From the NCBI GenBank assembly GCA_964428475.1, contig CAYRYO010000001.1, positions 16,702-80,701 on the forward strand: 64,000 nt of DNA. The letters are read 5' to 3'. Every line of letters starts with the position of its first letter. Position 1 is the stretch's first letter. The position numbers and the translations under genes are program-made. Of this stretch, positions 50,201-58,932 are shown piece by piece. This stretch comes from an uncultured Tissierellaceae bacterium. GTDB taxonomy: Bacteria > Bacillota > Clostridia > Tissierellales > Tissierellaceae. The notes below the pieces were generated by a model that searched no databases, was not told the origin of the DNA, and saw only the letters and a program-made list of their open reading frames with translations.

Positions 50201-50872
50201 TTATCTAAGTGGTTCAGTTATTCTTCTCATTATATCTTTTATTTCAACTGAAAAATTTGATGCTGCATTTCCTCTTTCCATATTTGTACTCATAGTCTTA
50301 AGTCTAGAATAAATATCAGGATCCATGCTAATAGATACTTTATCTATATCTTTATCTACTGATTTCACAGCTGCTTCTACCCTTTTCCTCATATCTGATG
50401 AAATATTACCATCCATATTTCTATCTTTACTTTCAATACCTACTACAGCAGTTTTTCCGTTGATTATTACGGAAGCACTAGCTACCTCTTTTAAGTTAGT
50501 AACTCTTTTAGCAATCTTATTAGCTCTAGTTGACATTTCGCCTATGTTGGTATTTAACATACCATCATCTATTCTGTCAGTATTGTTGCCCCACATATCA
50601 TTATTTAGATTGTTATTTCCTACAATATTATTATCATTTAAATCTGTGTTTCTCCTTGTCATACCATTATTTAAATTGGTATTTATTCTATCATTATTTG
50701 GCATACTGTTATTTGTGCCATTGTTGCCAAACCAACCATCATTATTATTGTCGTTTAATCTTGTCTGCATATTTCTATACTGTGTATCATCTGTATTACA
50801 AGCTGTAACTCCCATTAGGAGAACAACTACTAATACTAAAAATTTGATTTTTTTATTTTTCAAATTTTCCAC
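50201..50872 (-). CDS. YhcN/YlaJ family sporulation lipoprotein with an Asn/Asp-rich low-complexity insert
   Basis: Lipobox LMGVTAC. C-terminal YlaJ-type domain (ASASVIINGKTAVVGIES...VSISMDPDIYSRL). The central ~90 aa are N/D/G-rich. Confidence 0.8.
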   Translation of the reverse strand: MENLKNKKIKFLVLVVVLLMGVTACNTDDTQYRNMQTRLNDNNNDGWFGNNGTNNSMPNNDRINTNLNNGMTRRNTDLNDNNIVGNNNLNNDMWGNNTDRIDDGMLNTNIGEMSTRANKIAKRVTNLKEVASASVIINGKTAVVGIESKDRNMDGNISSDMRKRVEAAVKSVDKDIDKVSISMDPDIYSRLKTMSTNMERGNAASNFSVEIKDIMRRITEPLR

Positions 50873-51114
50873 CTCCTGATTATAGTTTTACACAATATCA
50901 ATATATTATTTAGGCTAAAATTTATATTATTTGATTAAATTAGGCAAAATATCAAGTAAAACAATAAAAGAGTATAATAATATAAACATTTAATTGGGAA
51001 ATATGGTATAATAGTACTATTAATTAAAAAATAAAAGACTTAAAAAAGCAGCATTTTAGTAATTCTTGTTAGAATATTGTATTATCCATAAAAATAGAAC
51101 TAAAGGATGATAAC

Positions 51115-52794
51115 ATGATAAAAAAGATGAAACTTGGAGAACTTTTAGTTTATTCAGGTAAGATAGACGACAATCAATTAAATCAAGCTTTAAAACTTCA
51201 AAAAAAATTAGGAAAAAAACTTGGAGATGTATTGGTAAGTGAAGGTTTTGTTACTGAAAATGATATAATTGAAGTTTTAGAATTTCAACTTGGAATTCCT
51301 CATGTTGACTTAGATAAATATGAAATAAAAGCAGAAGTAGCAATGCTAATTCCTGAAAATATATCAAGAAAGTATGATCTTATTGCAATAGATAAAAGAG
51401 ACTCATTGATTACAGTAGCTATGGCAGATCCGTTAAATATATTTGCATTAGATGATTTGCAGCTCTATCTAAAGATGGAAGTTCAACCAGTAATATCTAT
51501 AAAAGCCCAAATATACAAAGCTATAGATAAATTTTATAGTGGTGAATCTACTAAAAGAGTATTAGAGGAATTCGTAGGAGCTTTTAATCCAATAGATACA
51601 TCTGATTTAGAAGACGAAGAAATGCTAGAAGTCACTAGTGCACCTATAGTTAAGTTATTAAATTCAATAGTGGATCAAGCAGTAAGAGAAAGAGCATCAG
51701 ATGTACATATAGAACCATACCAAAAAGATATTCGAGTTAGATTCCGCATAGACGGAGACTTGAAAGAGATAATGACACTCTCAAGAAGCAGTCTTTCACC
51801 TATAATAACTAGAATAAAGATAATAGGAAATATGAATATAGCAGAAAAGAGAGTTCCTCAAGATGGTAGAGTAGAATCTATAATTAATGGAAGAGAAATA
51901 GATATGAGAATATCAACATTACCTACGGTTTATGGCGAAAAGACAGTTATTAGACTACTTGATAAGACAAGCTTTAATTTTACAAAAGAATCACTTGGAT
52001 TCAGTGAAAGGGATTTAAAAGTATTTAATAATATACTCACTCAACCCTATGGGATGATACTTGTAACAGGACCTACTGGAAGTGGAAAGACCACTACACT
52101 GTACACAGTATTACAAGAACTAAATAAAATTGAAAAAAATATAATAACTATAGAAGACCCAGTAGAATACAAACTTAAGGGTATAAATCAAGTACAGACA
52201 AATGAAAAAGGTGGACTTACATTTGCCAAAGGACTTAGATCCGTACTTCGTCAAGATCCAGATATAGTAATGGTAGGAGAAATTAGAGATGGAGAAACAG
52301 CAGAGATAGCAACTAGAGCAGCCATTACAGGACATCTTGTACTATCAACTCTTCATACAAATGATAGTCCATCTACAGTTGCAAGACTTACAGATATGGG
52401 TATAGCAGAATACTTGGTATCTTCATCAGTAATAGGAATAATATCTCAAAGACTTGTAAAATTGTTATGTCCCAAATGCAAACAAAAATACTTAGCCTCA
52501 GATTTAGAAAAAGAAGTACTTGGAATAGATAAGGGAGAAGAACTCACACTTTACAAAGCAGTAGGGTGTTCCGCATGCAATGAAGGTTATAAGGGCAGAG
52601 GGGCAGTGCATGAAATAATGCCTATAAGTGGAAACATCAGAAATATAATAGATAAAAAGGGAAATGTGGATGAAATAAGGGATGAAGCAATTAAAAATGG
52701 AATGACTACTCTTTTAGACTCAGTATCTAGAAGAACTATAGAAGGTGAAACTTCATATGAAGAAACCTTAAGGGTAGGATTTACTCTAGGATAG
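51115..52794 (+). CDS. pilB: Type IV pilus assembly ATPase PilB (GspE family)
   Basis: N-terminal T2SSE_N/MshEN-like domain, Walker A GPTGSGKTT, Asp boxes, His box TGHLVLSTLHTN, and a tetracysteine motif (CPKC...CSAC). Confidence 0.93.
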   Translation: MIKKMKLGELLVYSGKIDDNQLNQALKLQKKLGKKLGDVLVSEGFVTENDIIEVLEFQLGIPHVDLDKYEIKAEVAMLIPENISRKYDLIAIDKRDSLITVAMADPLNIFALDDLQLYLKMEVQPVISIKAQIYKAIDKFYSGESTKRVLEEFVGAFNPIDTSDLEDEEMLEVTSAPIVKLLNSIVDQAVRERASDVHIEPYQKDIRVRFRIDGDLKEIMTLSRSSLSPIITRIKIIGNMNIAEKRVPQDGRVESIINGREIDMRISTLPTVYGEKTVIRLLDKTSFNFTKESLGFSERDLKVFNNILTQPYGMILVTGPTGSGKTTTLYTVLQELNKIEKNIITIEDPVEYKLKGINQVQTNEKGGLTFAKGLRSVLRQDPDIVMVGEIRDGETAEIATRAAITGHLVLSTLHTNDSPSTVARLTDMGIAEYLVSSSVIGIISQRLVKLLCPKCKQKYLASDLEKEVLGIDKGEELTLYKAVGCSACNEGYKGRGAVHEIMPISGNIRNIIDKKGNVDEIRDEAIKNGMTTLLDSVSRRTIEGETSYEETLRVGFTLG

Positions 52795-52804
52795 GAGGTA
52801 AAGA

Positions 52805-53857
52805 ATGGAACTATTAGATCTGGTACAAATAGGAGTAGATAGAAAAGCATCAGATATTCATGTAACAGTAGGGATTCCACCTATACTTAGAATAAATGGA
52901 AAATTGACAAGATTAGAACAAGAAATATTATACCCAGAAGAAACAAAAGAACTTGTATATAAGTCATTAAATGAAAAACTAATAAAGGTATTAGAAGAAA
53001 AGGGTGAAGTAGATACATCTTTTTCTAGTCCAGGTATAGGTAGATTTAGAATAAATGCTTACAAGCAAAGAGGAAGCTATGGAATGGCACTTAGAATAAT
53101 TCCGCTTAAAATACCTAGTATGGAAGAATTGGGTCTTCCAAAGGTTGTCAGCGAATTTGCAAGACTTCCTAGAGGATTAGTACTAGTTACAGGACCTACG
53201 GGAAGCGGAAAATCAACGACTCTTGCATCTATCATAAATCAAATAAACAAAGAGAGAAATTGTCATATACTAACCTTGGAAGATCCAATAGAATACTTGC
53301 ACAGACATGGTAATAGCATAGTAAATCAGAGAGAAATAGGAACTGATTCAGAGGATTTTTCAAATGCACTAAGAGCGGCTCTTAGACAAGACCCAGATGT
53401 AATACTAGTAGGAGAGATGAGAGATTTAGATACTATATCTATAGCTATCACTGCGGCTGAAACAGGGCATCTAGTATTTTCAACCCTTCATACAGTTGGT
53501 TCAGCAAAAACAATAGATAGAATAATAGATGTATTTCCACCTCATCAGCAACAACAAATACGGGTTCAACTCTCAAGTGTAATGCAGGGAATAATATCGC
53601 AGCAACTATTACCCACTCAAGATGAAAAAGGAAGAATTGCAGCATTTGAAGTAATGAAAACAACTCCCGCAATAAACAATCTAATACGCGAAGGTAAAAT
53701 TCATCAAATAGATACAGCTATACAAACTGGAGCAAAATTTGGAATGCAAACTATGGATAATTCTCTTTTAGAGCTATATAAAAATGGGAAAATATCAAGA
53801 GAAACGGCTTTAAATCAAGGGGTAAATAGGGAATATATCATGCGCTATCTACTATAG
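52805..53857 (+). CDS. pilT: Type IV pilus retraction ATPase PilT
   Basis: 350 aa. ASDIHV, GPTGSGKST and GHLVFSTLHT motifs. Lacks the PilB N-domain. Confidence 0.9.
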   Translation: MELLDLVQIGVDRKASDIHVTVGIPPILRINGKLTRLEQEILYPEETKELVYKSLNEKLIKVLEEKGEVDTSFSSPGIGRFRINAYKQRGSYGMALRIIPLKIPSMEELGLPKVVSEFARLPRGLVLVTGPTGSGKSTTLASIINQINKERNCHILTLEDPIEYLHRHGNSIVNQREIGTDSEDFSNALRAALRQDPDVILVGEMRDLDTISIAITAAETGHLVFSTLHTVGSAKTIDRIIDVFPPHQQQQIRVQLSSVMQGIISQQLLPTQDEKGRIAAFEVMKTTPAINNLIREGKIHQIDTAIQTGAKFGMQTMDNSLLELYKNGKISRETALNQGVNREYIMRYLL

Positions 53858-53868
53858 GAGGGATGTAG

Positions 53869-55068
53869 TTGATATATAAATACAAAGCGGTATCTCAAAG
53901 TGGAGAAATACTTGAAGGCGTATATGAAAGTGAAAATGAATCTGATGTGATTGCTATGCTAAAGGGAAATCAATATCTGCCAATAAAGATAGAGGCAGAT
54001 ATTGAAGCAGATGCACAGGTAAATATATTTGCTCAAAAAGTAAAGAAAAAGGACTTAGCAGTATTTTGTAGACAATTCTACACCATGTTAGATGCAGGTA
54101 TAGGCATAGTAAAATGCATGGATATATTACAAAAACAATCAGAAAACAAAACTCTAGTAAAATCATTAGCTGAAATACATGAAGATGTGCAAAAGGGAAC
54201 TACCCTTTCACAAGCAATGAAAAAGCATAGAAATGCTTTTCCATCGTTATTAGTGAATATGGTAGAAGCTGGTGAAATAAGTGGTAACTTAGATACCATA
54301 ATGGAGAGAATGGCAGTGCATTTTGAAAAAGAAAATAAATTGGAAAATAAAATAAAATCAGCAATGATATATCCTATAGCTCTAGCTGTAGTATCAGTAG
54401 CCGTAGTTATATTTCTTCTTGTAGCAGTAATGCCTACATTTATAGGTATGTTTGAATCAAGTGGACAATTACTACCGGCACCTACTAGAGCATTGCTTGT
54501 AATTAGCAATGGGTTGACAGAATACTGGTATATATTTTTATTAGCTTTAATTGGACTTATAGTAGGATTTATATTTTATAAAAAAAATCCTGCAGGTATG
54601 AGAATGATAGATGGATTAAAACTAAAAATACCAATAGTAAAAGATACAAACAAAAAAATAATTACATCAAGATTTACAAGAACATTATCTACTCTAATGG
54701 CAAGTGGAATTCCGCTGATAGAATCCATAGAAATAGTAGGAAGAGTAGTTGGAAACACAGTAGTACAAGATAGATTAGAAAATTCATCAGAAAATGTAAG
54801 AAAAGGAGTATCATTGTCACGTGCAGTACACGAAGTAGGAGTATTTCCACCTATGGTAGACTCAATGATAAGAGTAGGTGAGGAATCTGGAAGTTTAGAT
54901 GATATACTCTATAAGACAGCGGACTTCTATGACGAAGAAGTAGAAACAGCCTTAAACAAAATGACAGCATTGATGGAACCAGTAATGCTAGTAGCAATGG
55001 CTATAGTTATTGGATTTATAGTAATAGCAATGGCAATGCCAATGTTTGATATGGTCAATACTATATAG
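53869..55068 (+). CDS. pilC: Type IV pilus platform protein PilC (GspF family)
   Basis: Two GspF repeats (FCRQFYTMLDAGIGI / FTRTLSTLMASGIPL) and three TM segments. TTG start after GGAGGG. Confidence 0.9.
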   Translation: MIYKYKAVSQSGEILEGVYESENESDVIAMLKGNQYLPIKIEADIEADAQVNIFAQKVKKKDLAVFCRQFYTMLDAGIGIVKCMDILQKQSENKTLVKSLAEIHEDVQKGTTLSQAMKKHRNAFPSLLVNMVEAGEISGNLDTIMERMAVHFEKENKLENKIKSAMIYPIALAVVSVAVVIFLLVAVMPTFIGMFESSGQLLPAPTRALLVISNGLTEYWYIFLLALIGLIVGFIFYKKNPAGMRMIDGLKLKIPIVKDTNKKIITSRFTRTLSTLMASGIPLIESIEIVGRVVGNTVVQDRLENSSENVRKGVSLSRAVHEVGVFPPMVDSMIRVGEESGSLDDILYKTADFYDEEVETALNKMTALMEPVMLVAMAIVIGFIVIAMAMPMFDMVNTI

Positions 55069-55079
55069 TAGGCTTCGCC

Positions 55080-55110
55080 AATTGTGAATGTTGAATTGTG
55101 AATTGTAAAT
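55080..55110 (+). repeat. Three copies of AATTGT(G/A)AAT immediately after pilC
   Basis: AATTGTGAAT at 55080-55089 and 55094-55103. An overlapping AATTGTAAAT at 55101-55110. Confidence 0.8.
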
Positions 55111-55140
55111 TTAAACCGTGAAAATGTAGAAATTTGAATA

Positions 55141-55222
55141 TTACCTGGGCAAAGGTGGGGAAACCTATTGACGCAAAGCCAGAGTCTAATTTATCCTTGG
55201 ATAAAATGATCGTTCGGCTGCA
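55141..55222 (+). ncRNA. c-di-GMP-I (GEMM-I) riboswitch aptamer
   Basis: CCTGGGCAAAGGTGGGGAAACCTATTGACGCAAAGCCAGAG...TTTATCC-TT-GGATAAA...CGTTCGGCTGC. It carries the GGCAAA, GNRA-type capped helix, invariant ACGCAAAGCC and GGCTGC hallmarks of GEMM-I. Lies upstream of the major pilin. Confidence 0.75.
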
Positions 55223-55254
55223 TAAATTGAGAATGATCTTTTATGCAGTTTTTT
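55218..55254 (+). terminator. Riboswitch expression-platform terminator
   Basis: CTGCATAAA (55218-55226) pairs with TTTATGCAG (55240-55248), followed by T6. The 5' arm overlaps the 3' strand of the aptamer. Confidence 0.75.
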
Positions 55255-55432
55255 AATATAAAAAATTAAAGATAAGAGCTTTTGTATCTTGGCTGCAAGG
55301 AGACGTTTTGTTTTAATTAAGAATTAATAATGTGAAATTCGTGGACCTTGTCCACGCAAAGGTGGTGATGCAGGGAATAGATTGCTAGAAGGGAATTATT
55401 TAAAATTTTTAAATTCAAAGGAGGAAATGTTT

Positions 55433-55858
55433 ATGATGAAATGGATTAATAAGAAGAGAAACAAGAAGGGTTTTACATTAGTTGAGTTAGTAGTTGTTAT
55501 TGCGATATTGGGAATATTGGCGGCTATAGCAGTGCCAAAGTTAAGTGGCTCAAGAGGTAAGGCTGCTGATACAGCTCATGAGGCAAATATAAGAACATTA
55601 GAAGGGGCAGCGACTACTTTCATTGCTACTGAAGGAGCAAAAGAAGTTACTTGGTCAGCTAAGGGTGGAACTAAATCAGATGATAGTACATTAGGAGATG
55701 GAGATGAGGATAAGTGGAAAGACTATCTACAAGCTTGGCCTAAAGTACCTTCAGGAATAACCGATGATTCATATGATGATGGTGAAGAATATAGTGTTGT
55801 AATAGATGAAGACGGTAATATTACAGTAAGTGCATTTGCAGTAAGTGCATCTGAATAA
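55433..55858 (+). CDS. pilA: Major type IV pilin PilA (prepilin)
   Basis: Class III signal peptide MMKWINKKRNKKG|FTLVELVVVIAILGILAAIAVP (G-1, F+1, E+5). AAAGGAGG RBS. 141 aa, no Cys in the C-terminal part. Confidence 0.9.
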   Translation: MMKWINKKRNKKGFTLVELVVVIAILGILAAIAVPKLSGSRGKAADTAHEANIRTLEGAATTFIATEGAKEVTWSAKGGTKSDDSTLGDGDEDKWKDYLQAWPKVPSGITDDSYDDGEEYSVVIDEDGNITVSAFAVSASE

Positions 55859-55939
55859 TCACGGTACTTCACAAATGCAGGCACAGAAGGTACCGGGTTC
55901 CACTCAAATTTTGTCCAAAGATTAATTTAATAAATGAAT

Positions 55940-55976
55940 AAGAAGTACAATTATAGAAATTGTACTTCTTATTCAA
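55940..55976 (+). terminator. Rho-independent terminator after pilA
   Basis: AAGAAGTACAATT (55940-55952) pairs with AATTGTACTTCTT (55958-55970), a perfect 13-bp stem, then ATTCAAAA. Confidence 0.75.
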
Positions 55977-56020
55977 AATACATAATATATAAAATTAACA
56001 TTATAGCAAAGGAGTTACTT

Positions 56021-56782
56021 ATGATTATACTAATATTTATATACGGACTATTAATAGGATCATTTTTAAATGTATGTATATATAGAATACCAAGAGAAGA
56101 AAGTATAGTTTTCCCATCATCCCATTGCCCAAGCTGCAATACAAGTCTTAAATGGTACGACAATATACCAGTGTTTTCATATATTACCTTAAAAGGAAAG
56201 TGTAGATACTGCGGTGATAAAATATTACCACAATATCCAATGATAGAACTATTTAACGCACTTATATATTTATTATTATTTTATAAATTCAAGCTATCAA
56301 TAGATTTTATATTCTACGCACTTATATCATCAACACTTATAGTGACTACATTAATAGATTTAAAAGAGATGATTATACCGGATAGTTTAGTAATTACATT
56401 ACTAATACTATCAATAATACATAAAACATTAAATTATATAATAAATAAGACTCACATGAATTTAATTGATTCAATAGGAGGACTTATATTAGCTGGAGGA
56501 ATATTTTTACTTATAGTTATTCTTTCAAAAGGTGGAATGGGTGGCGGAGATGTTACACTAATAGGAGCATTGGGATTTGTACTTGGAGTAAAACATATAC
56601 TATTAACTATATTCTTATCCTTTATATTAGGTGGAGTTATATCGATATTTTTACTAGCAACAAAACTAAAGACAAGAAAGGATCCAATACCATTTGGACC
56701 ATTTATAGTACTTGGGTTTATGATAACATTGTTTTGGGGAGAAGGATTGATTGGGTGGTATAGTACAAGTTTTTTATATTAG
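56021..56782 (+). CDS. pilD: Prepilin peptidase / N-methyltransferase PilD (A24 family)
   Basis: CPSC...CRYC zinc motif, catalytic Asp regions (LIDLKEMIIPD, GGMGGGDV), eight TM helices. ATG at 56021 follows a GGAG RBS; the longer ORF from 55934 would include the pilA terminator. Confidence 0.9.
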   Translation: MIILIFIYGLLIGSFLNVCIYRIPREESIVFPSSHCPSCNTSLKWYDNIPVFSYITLKGKCRYCGDKILPQYPMIELFNALIYLLLFYKFKLSIDFIFYALISSTLIVTTLIDLKEMIIPDSLVITLLILSIIHKTLNYIINKTHMNLIDSIGGLILAGGIFLLIVILSKGGMGGGDVTLIGALGFVLGVKHILLTIFLSFILGGVISIFLLATKLKTRKDPIPFGPFIVLGFMITLFWGEGLIGWYSTSFLY

Positions 56783-56793
56783 GAGCGTAGATT

Positions 56794-58272
56794 ATGAGAA
56801 TTAATAGAAGAAAAGGATTAACACTTATAGAAGTTATGATAGCTATTATGCTTTTAGGCATAATAACTATAGCCATTTTGCCTATGTCGATATATTCCGC
56901 GAGATTTGCTAAATGGAATACTATTAGACAAAATGCTAATAGCATTGCTTATACACAAGTTGAATGGCTTAAAACATTAGATTATAATACTGAACTAGAA
57001 CTGAAAGGAAAATATTTCCCACCAGGGAAAGATGGTATTAGTGTAGAAGGTATAGTAGAAGAAGACTTATTTATGAATGAGATTAATACTAATCCTAAAG
57101 TCATAGATGGTATAAATTACAATATTCTAACAAATATTTATTGGGAATCCGGTGTTTCAACTACTGGTGAAATTGTTGCAAATGCTCTTCGAAAAGTAGA
57201 TGTTACTGTTAAAGCAATAGATCCTGTTACAAGAACAGAAAAAGAATATTCTGTTATAGGAAGTCTTATAGCTTTTGAAGGAGAAAGAAGGCCAGATAAT
57301 ACTACTCCATTTAAAGTAAAAGCTTTTAAAGGACATGATTTTACAGAGTTAACAAAAAATGTAAAAATAGAAATCTACAATGAAACAGGCACAAGTTTAA
57401 GAAACTGGGCAAGGACAGATGAAAACGGCGAGGCAGTATTTGTTGGGTTAGAAAACGATGAATATCAAGTTAAAGCAAAAGAATGGCAAATTGGAGACAT
57501 GATGAGCAAACCTAATAGTGTCAAAGATAATTTTCCTAGTTCTAAATGGGAATCATATGATTTAATTGAAATAAACAATTCTGAAGAAGCTTATATAGAA
57601 CATAGTGTATTCGTAGATTACCCTGGATATATAGAAATACATGATGTTACAGATCAGATATTATTAAATAGTGAATTAAAACTAGAACCTATATACACTT
57701 CACCTGAAGGCGAAGTTTTAGACCTAAATTTAAAAATAAACTTAACTAATCTAGATAAATTGAAAATTTGGAGAGCATGGACCTATAATCATTCTATATT
57801 ATATGAAGATGTAGAATATAAATTAATAGAAAAAGACACCAGAAGAGTTTGGAACGGAGTATTTTCATATAATTATAACAAACCTACAACTAAACACCTA
57901 ACATTAGGATATGTTTTAGAAAGTCAAGAAGGTCCAGAGAATATATATATGTATGATAAAAACAATAATACAATGGATATTGAGGTTATATTCCCAAAAT
58001 CAATTATTTCAGAACAAATAGAAAGTAACGAAAGTGAAGCTACTAAGTTCGATTTTTCTTTATATGATGGTGACAATCAGATTCTTTTTACAGTCAATGA
58101 AATAAGAAAGATCGCAGATAATAATAAATATAGAATAACTTTGAATACTGATTATAATATATTAAATGGTGAAAGTATTAGATTTATATTAAATGAATCA
58201 ATAATTGATAGTAATGGATTAGGAATGATAGCTGACATAAATTTCATAACATTAAGATACTTTGAAAAATAG
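56794..58272 (+). CDS. Large PilV-like minor pilin (492 aa) with a carboxypeptidase-regulatory-like beta-sandwich segment
   Basis: Prepilin signal MRINRRKG|LTLIEVMIAIMLLGI (E+5). Contains VKIEIYNETGTSLRNWARTDENGEAVFVGLENDEYQVKAKE, a CarboxypepD_reg-like motif. Confidence 0.75.
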   Translation: MRINRRKGLTLIEVMIAIMLLGIITIAILPMSIYSARFAKWNTIRQNANSIAYTQVEWLKTLDYNTELELKGKYFPPGKDGISVEGIVEEDLFMNEINTNPKVIDGINYNILTNIYWESGVSTTGEIVANALRKVDVTVKAIDPVTRTEKEYSVIGSLIAFEGERRPDNTTPFKVKAFKGHDFTELTKNVKIEIYNETGTSLRNWARTDENGEAVFVGLENDEYQVKAKEWQIGDMMSKPNSVKDNFPSSKWESYDLIEINNSEEAYIEHSVFVDYPGYIEIHDVTDQILLNSELKLEPIYTSPEGEVLDLNLKINLTNLDKLKIWRAWTYNHSILYEDVEYKLIEKDTRRVWNGVFSYNYNKPTTKHLTLGYVLESQEGPENIYMYDKNNNTMDIEVIFPKSIISEQIESNESEATKFDFSLYDGDNQILFTVNEIRKIADNNKYRITLNTDYNILNGESIRFILNESIIDSNGLGMIADINFITLRYFEK

Positions 58273-58289
58273 AAGAAGTGAGGTGTATT

Positions 58290-58919
58290 ATGATGCTTGA
58301 CAATACTTTTAAATCCAAGAAAAAAAGCAGGGGATTTACTTTAATAGAACTTCTTTTAGTAATACCACTTATATCAATAATTTTAATTGTTGCATTTAAT
58401 ATTATCTTTATTACTAGTAAGAACTTTCTTTATACTAAAGATAGTTTTTCTATTTATGAACAAATGAAAATTTTCCAGACAAACATTCAAAAAGAAGCAA
58501 ATCAAGCTAGAAAAGCAAATGAAAATAAGGATGTTATAGAAAAAATAAATGGAAGGGAACTTCATATATATACAGATATAAATGGAGATAATATCCCTGA
58601 AATTGTAAGATATATGATTGTTGGCAATGAATTAATAAGGGAAGTTAAATATTCTAAACTAAGTTCTCAAAATCAATATCCATATACCTATGGTAATGAT
58701 TGGATTAATAGACAAGTAGTTTTAAACAATGTAGAAGAAAAAGATTTTATAAATGAGATACTAGATGTAAAAAAAACAGATGTTAATATAGTGACCAATA
58801 AAATTAAAGACCATAGAAAAAAAACTACTATAAATCTTAATGTTAAAAGTGATTATAATGACAAGGAAATTAAGTTAAGTATTGGACTTGTAACAAAAAG
58901 TAGAGCCGAAGCAAACTAA
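58290..58919 (+). CDS. Minor pilin (PilW/GspJ-like prepilin)
   Basis: MMLDNTFKSKKKSRG|FTLIELLLVIPLISIIL prepilin signal with E+5. About 209 aa. Confidence 0.75.
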   Translation: MMLDNTFKSKKKSRGFTLIELLLVIPLISIILIVAFNIIFITSKNFLYTKDSFSIYEQMKIFQTNIQKEANQARKANENKDVIEKINGRELHIYTDINGDNIPEIVRYMIVGNELIREVKYSKLSSQNQYPYTYGNDWINRQVVLNNVEEKDFINEILDVKKTDVNIVTNKIKDHRKKTTINLNVKSDYNDKEIKLSIGLVTKSRAEAN

Positions 58920-58932
58920 AGGAGTGGAATAA

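Noticed and set aside
50325-50879. 184-aa and 92-aa + strand ORFs opposite the YlaJ-like lipoprotein gene
   Set aside because: They arise from the low-complexity Asn/Asp-rich codon repeats. The minus-strand product has a lipobox and a conserved YlaJ domain, and the + strand products are Leu/Ser/Phe low-complexity with no start context.
55340-55400. Second c-di-GMP aptamer downstream of the first
   Set aside because: It shares only CACGCAAAGGTGG with the first aptamer and lacks the GGCAAA...GNRA helix and the second hairpin with GGCTGC closure. Kept as an open structural question rather than a riboswitch call.
55934-56020. N-terminal extension of the pilD ORF (track start 55934), and the 55382 start for pilA
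   Set aside because: The pilD extension contains the perfect 13-bp pilA terminator. A GGAG RBS precedes the ATG at 56021. For pilA, the AAAGGAGG RBS and normal prepilin leader length support the ATG at 55433.
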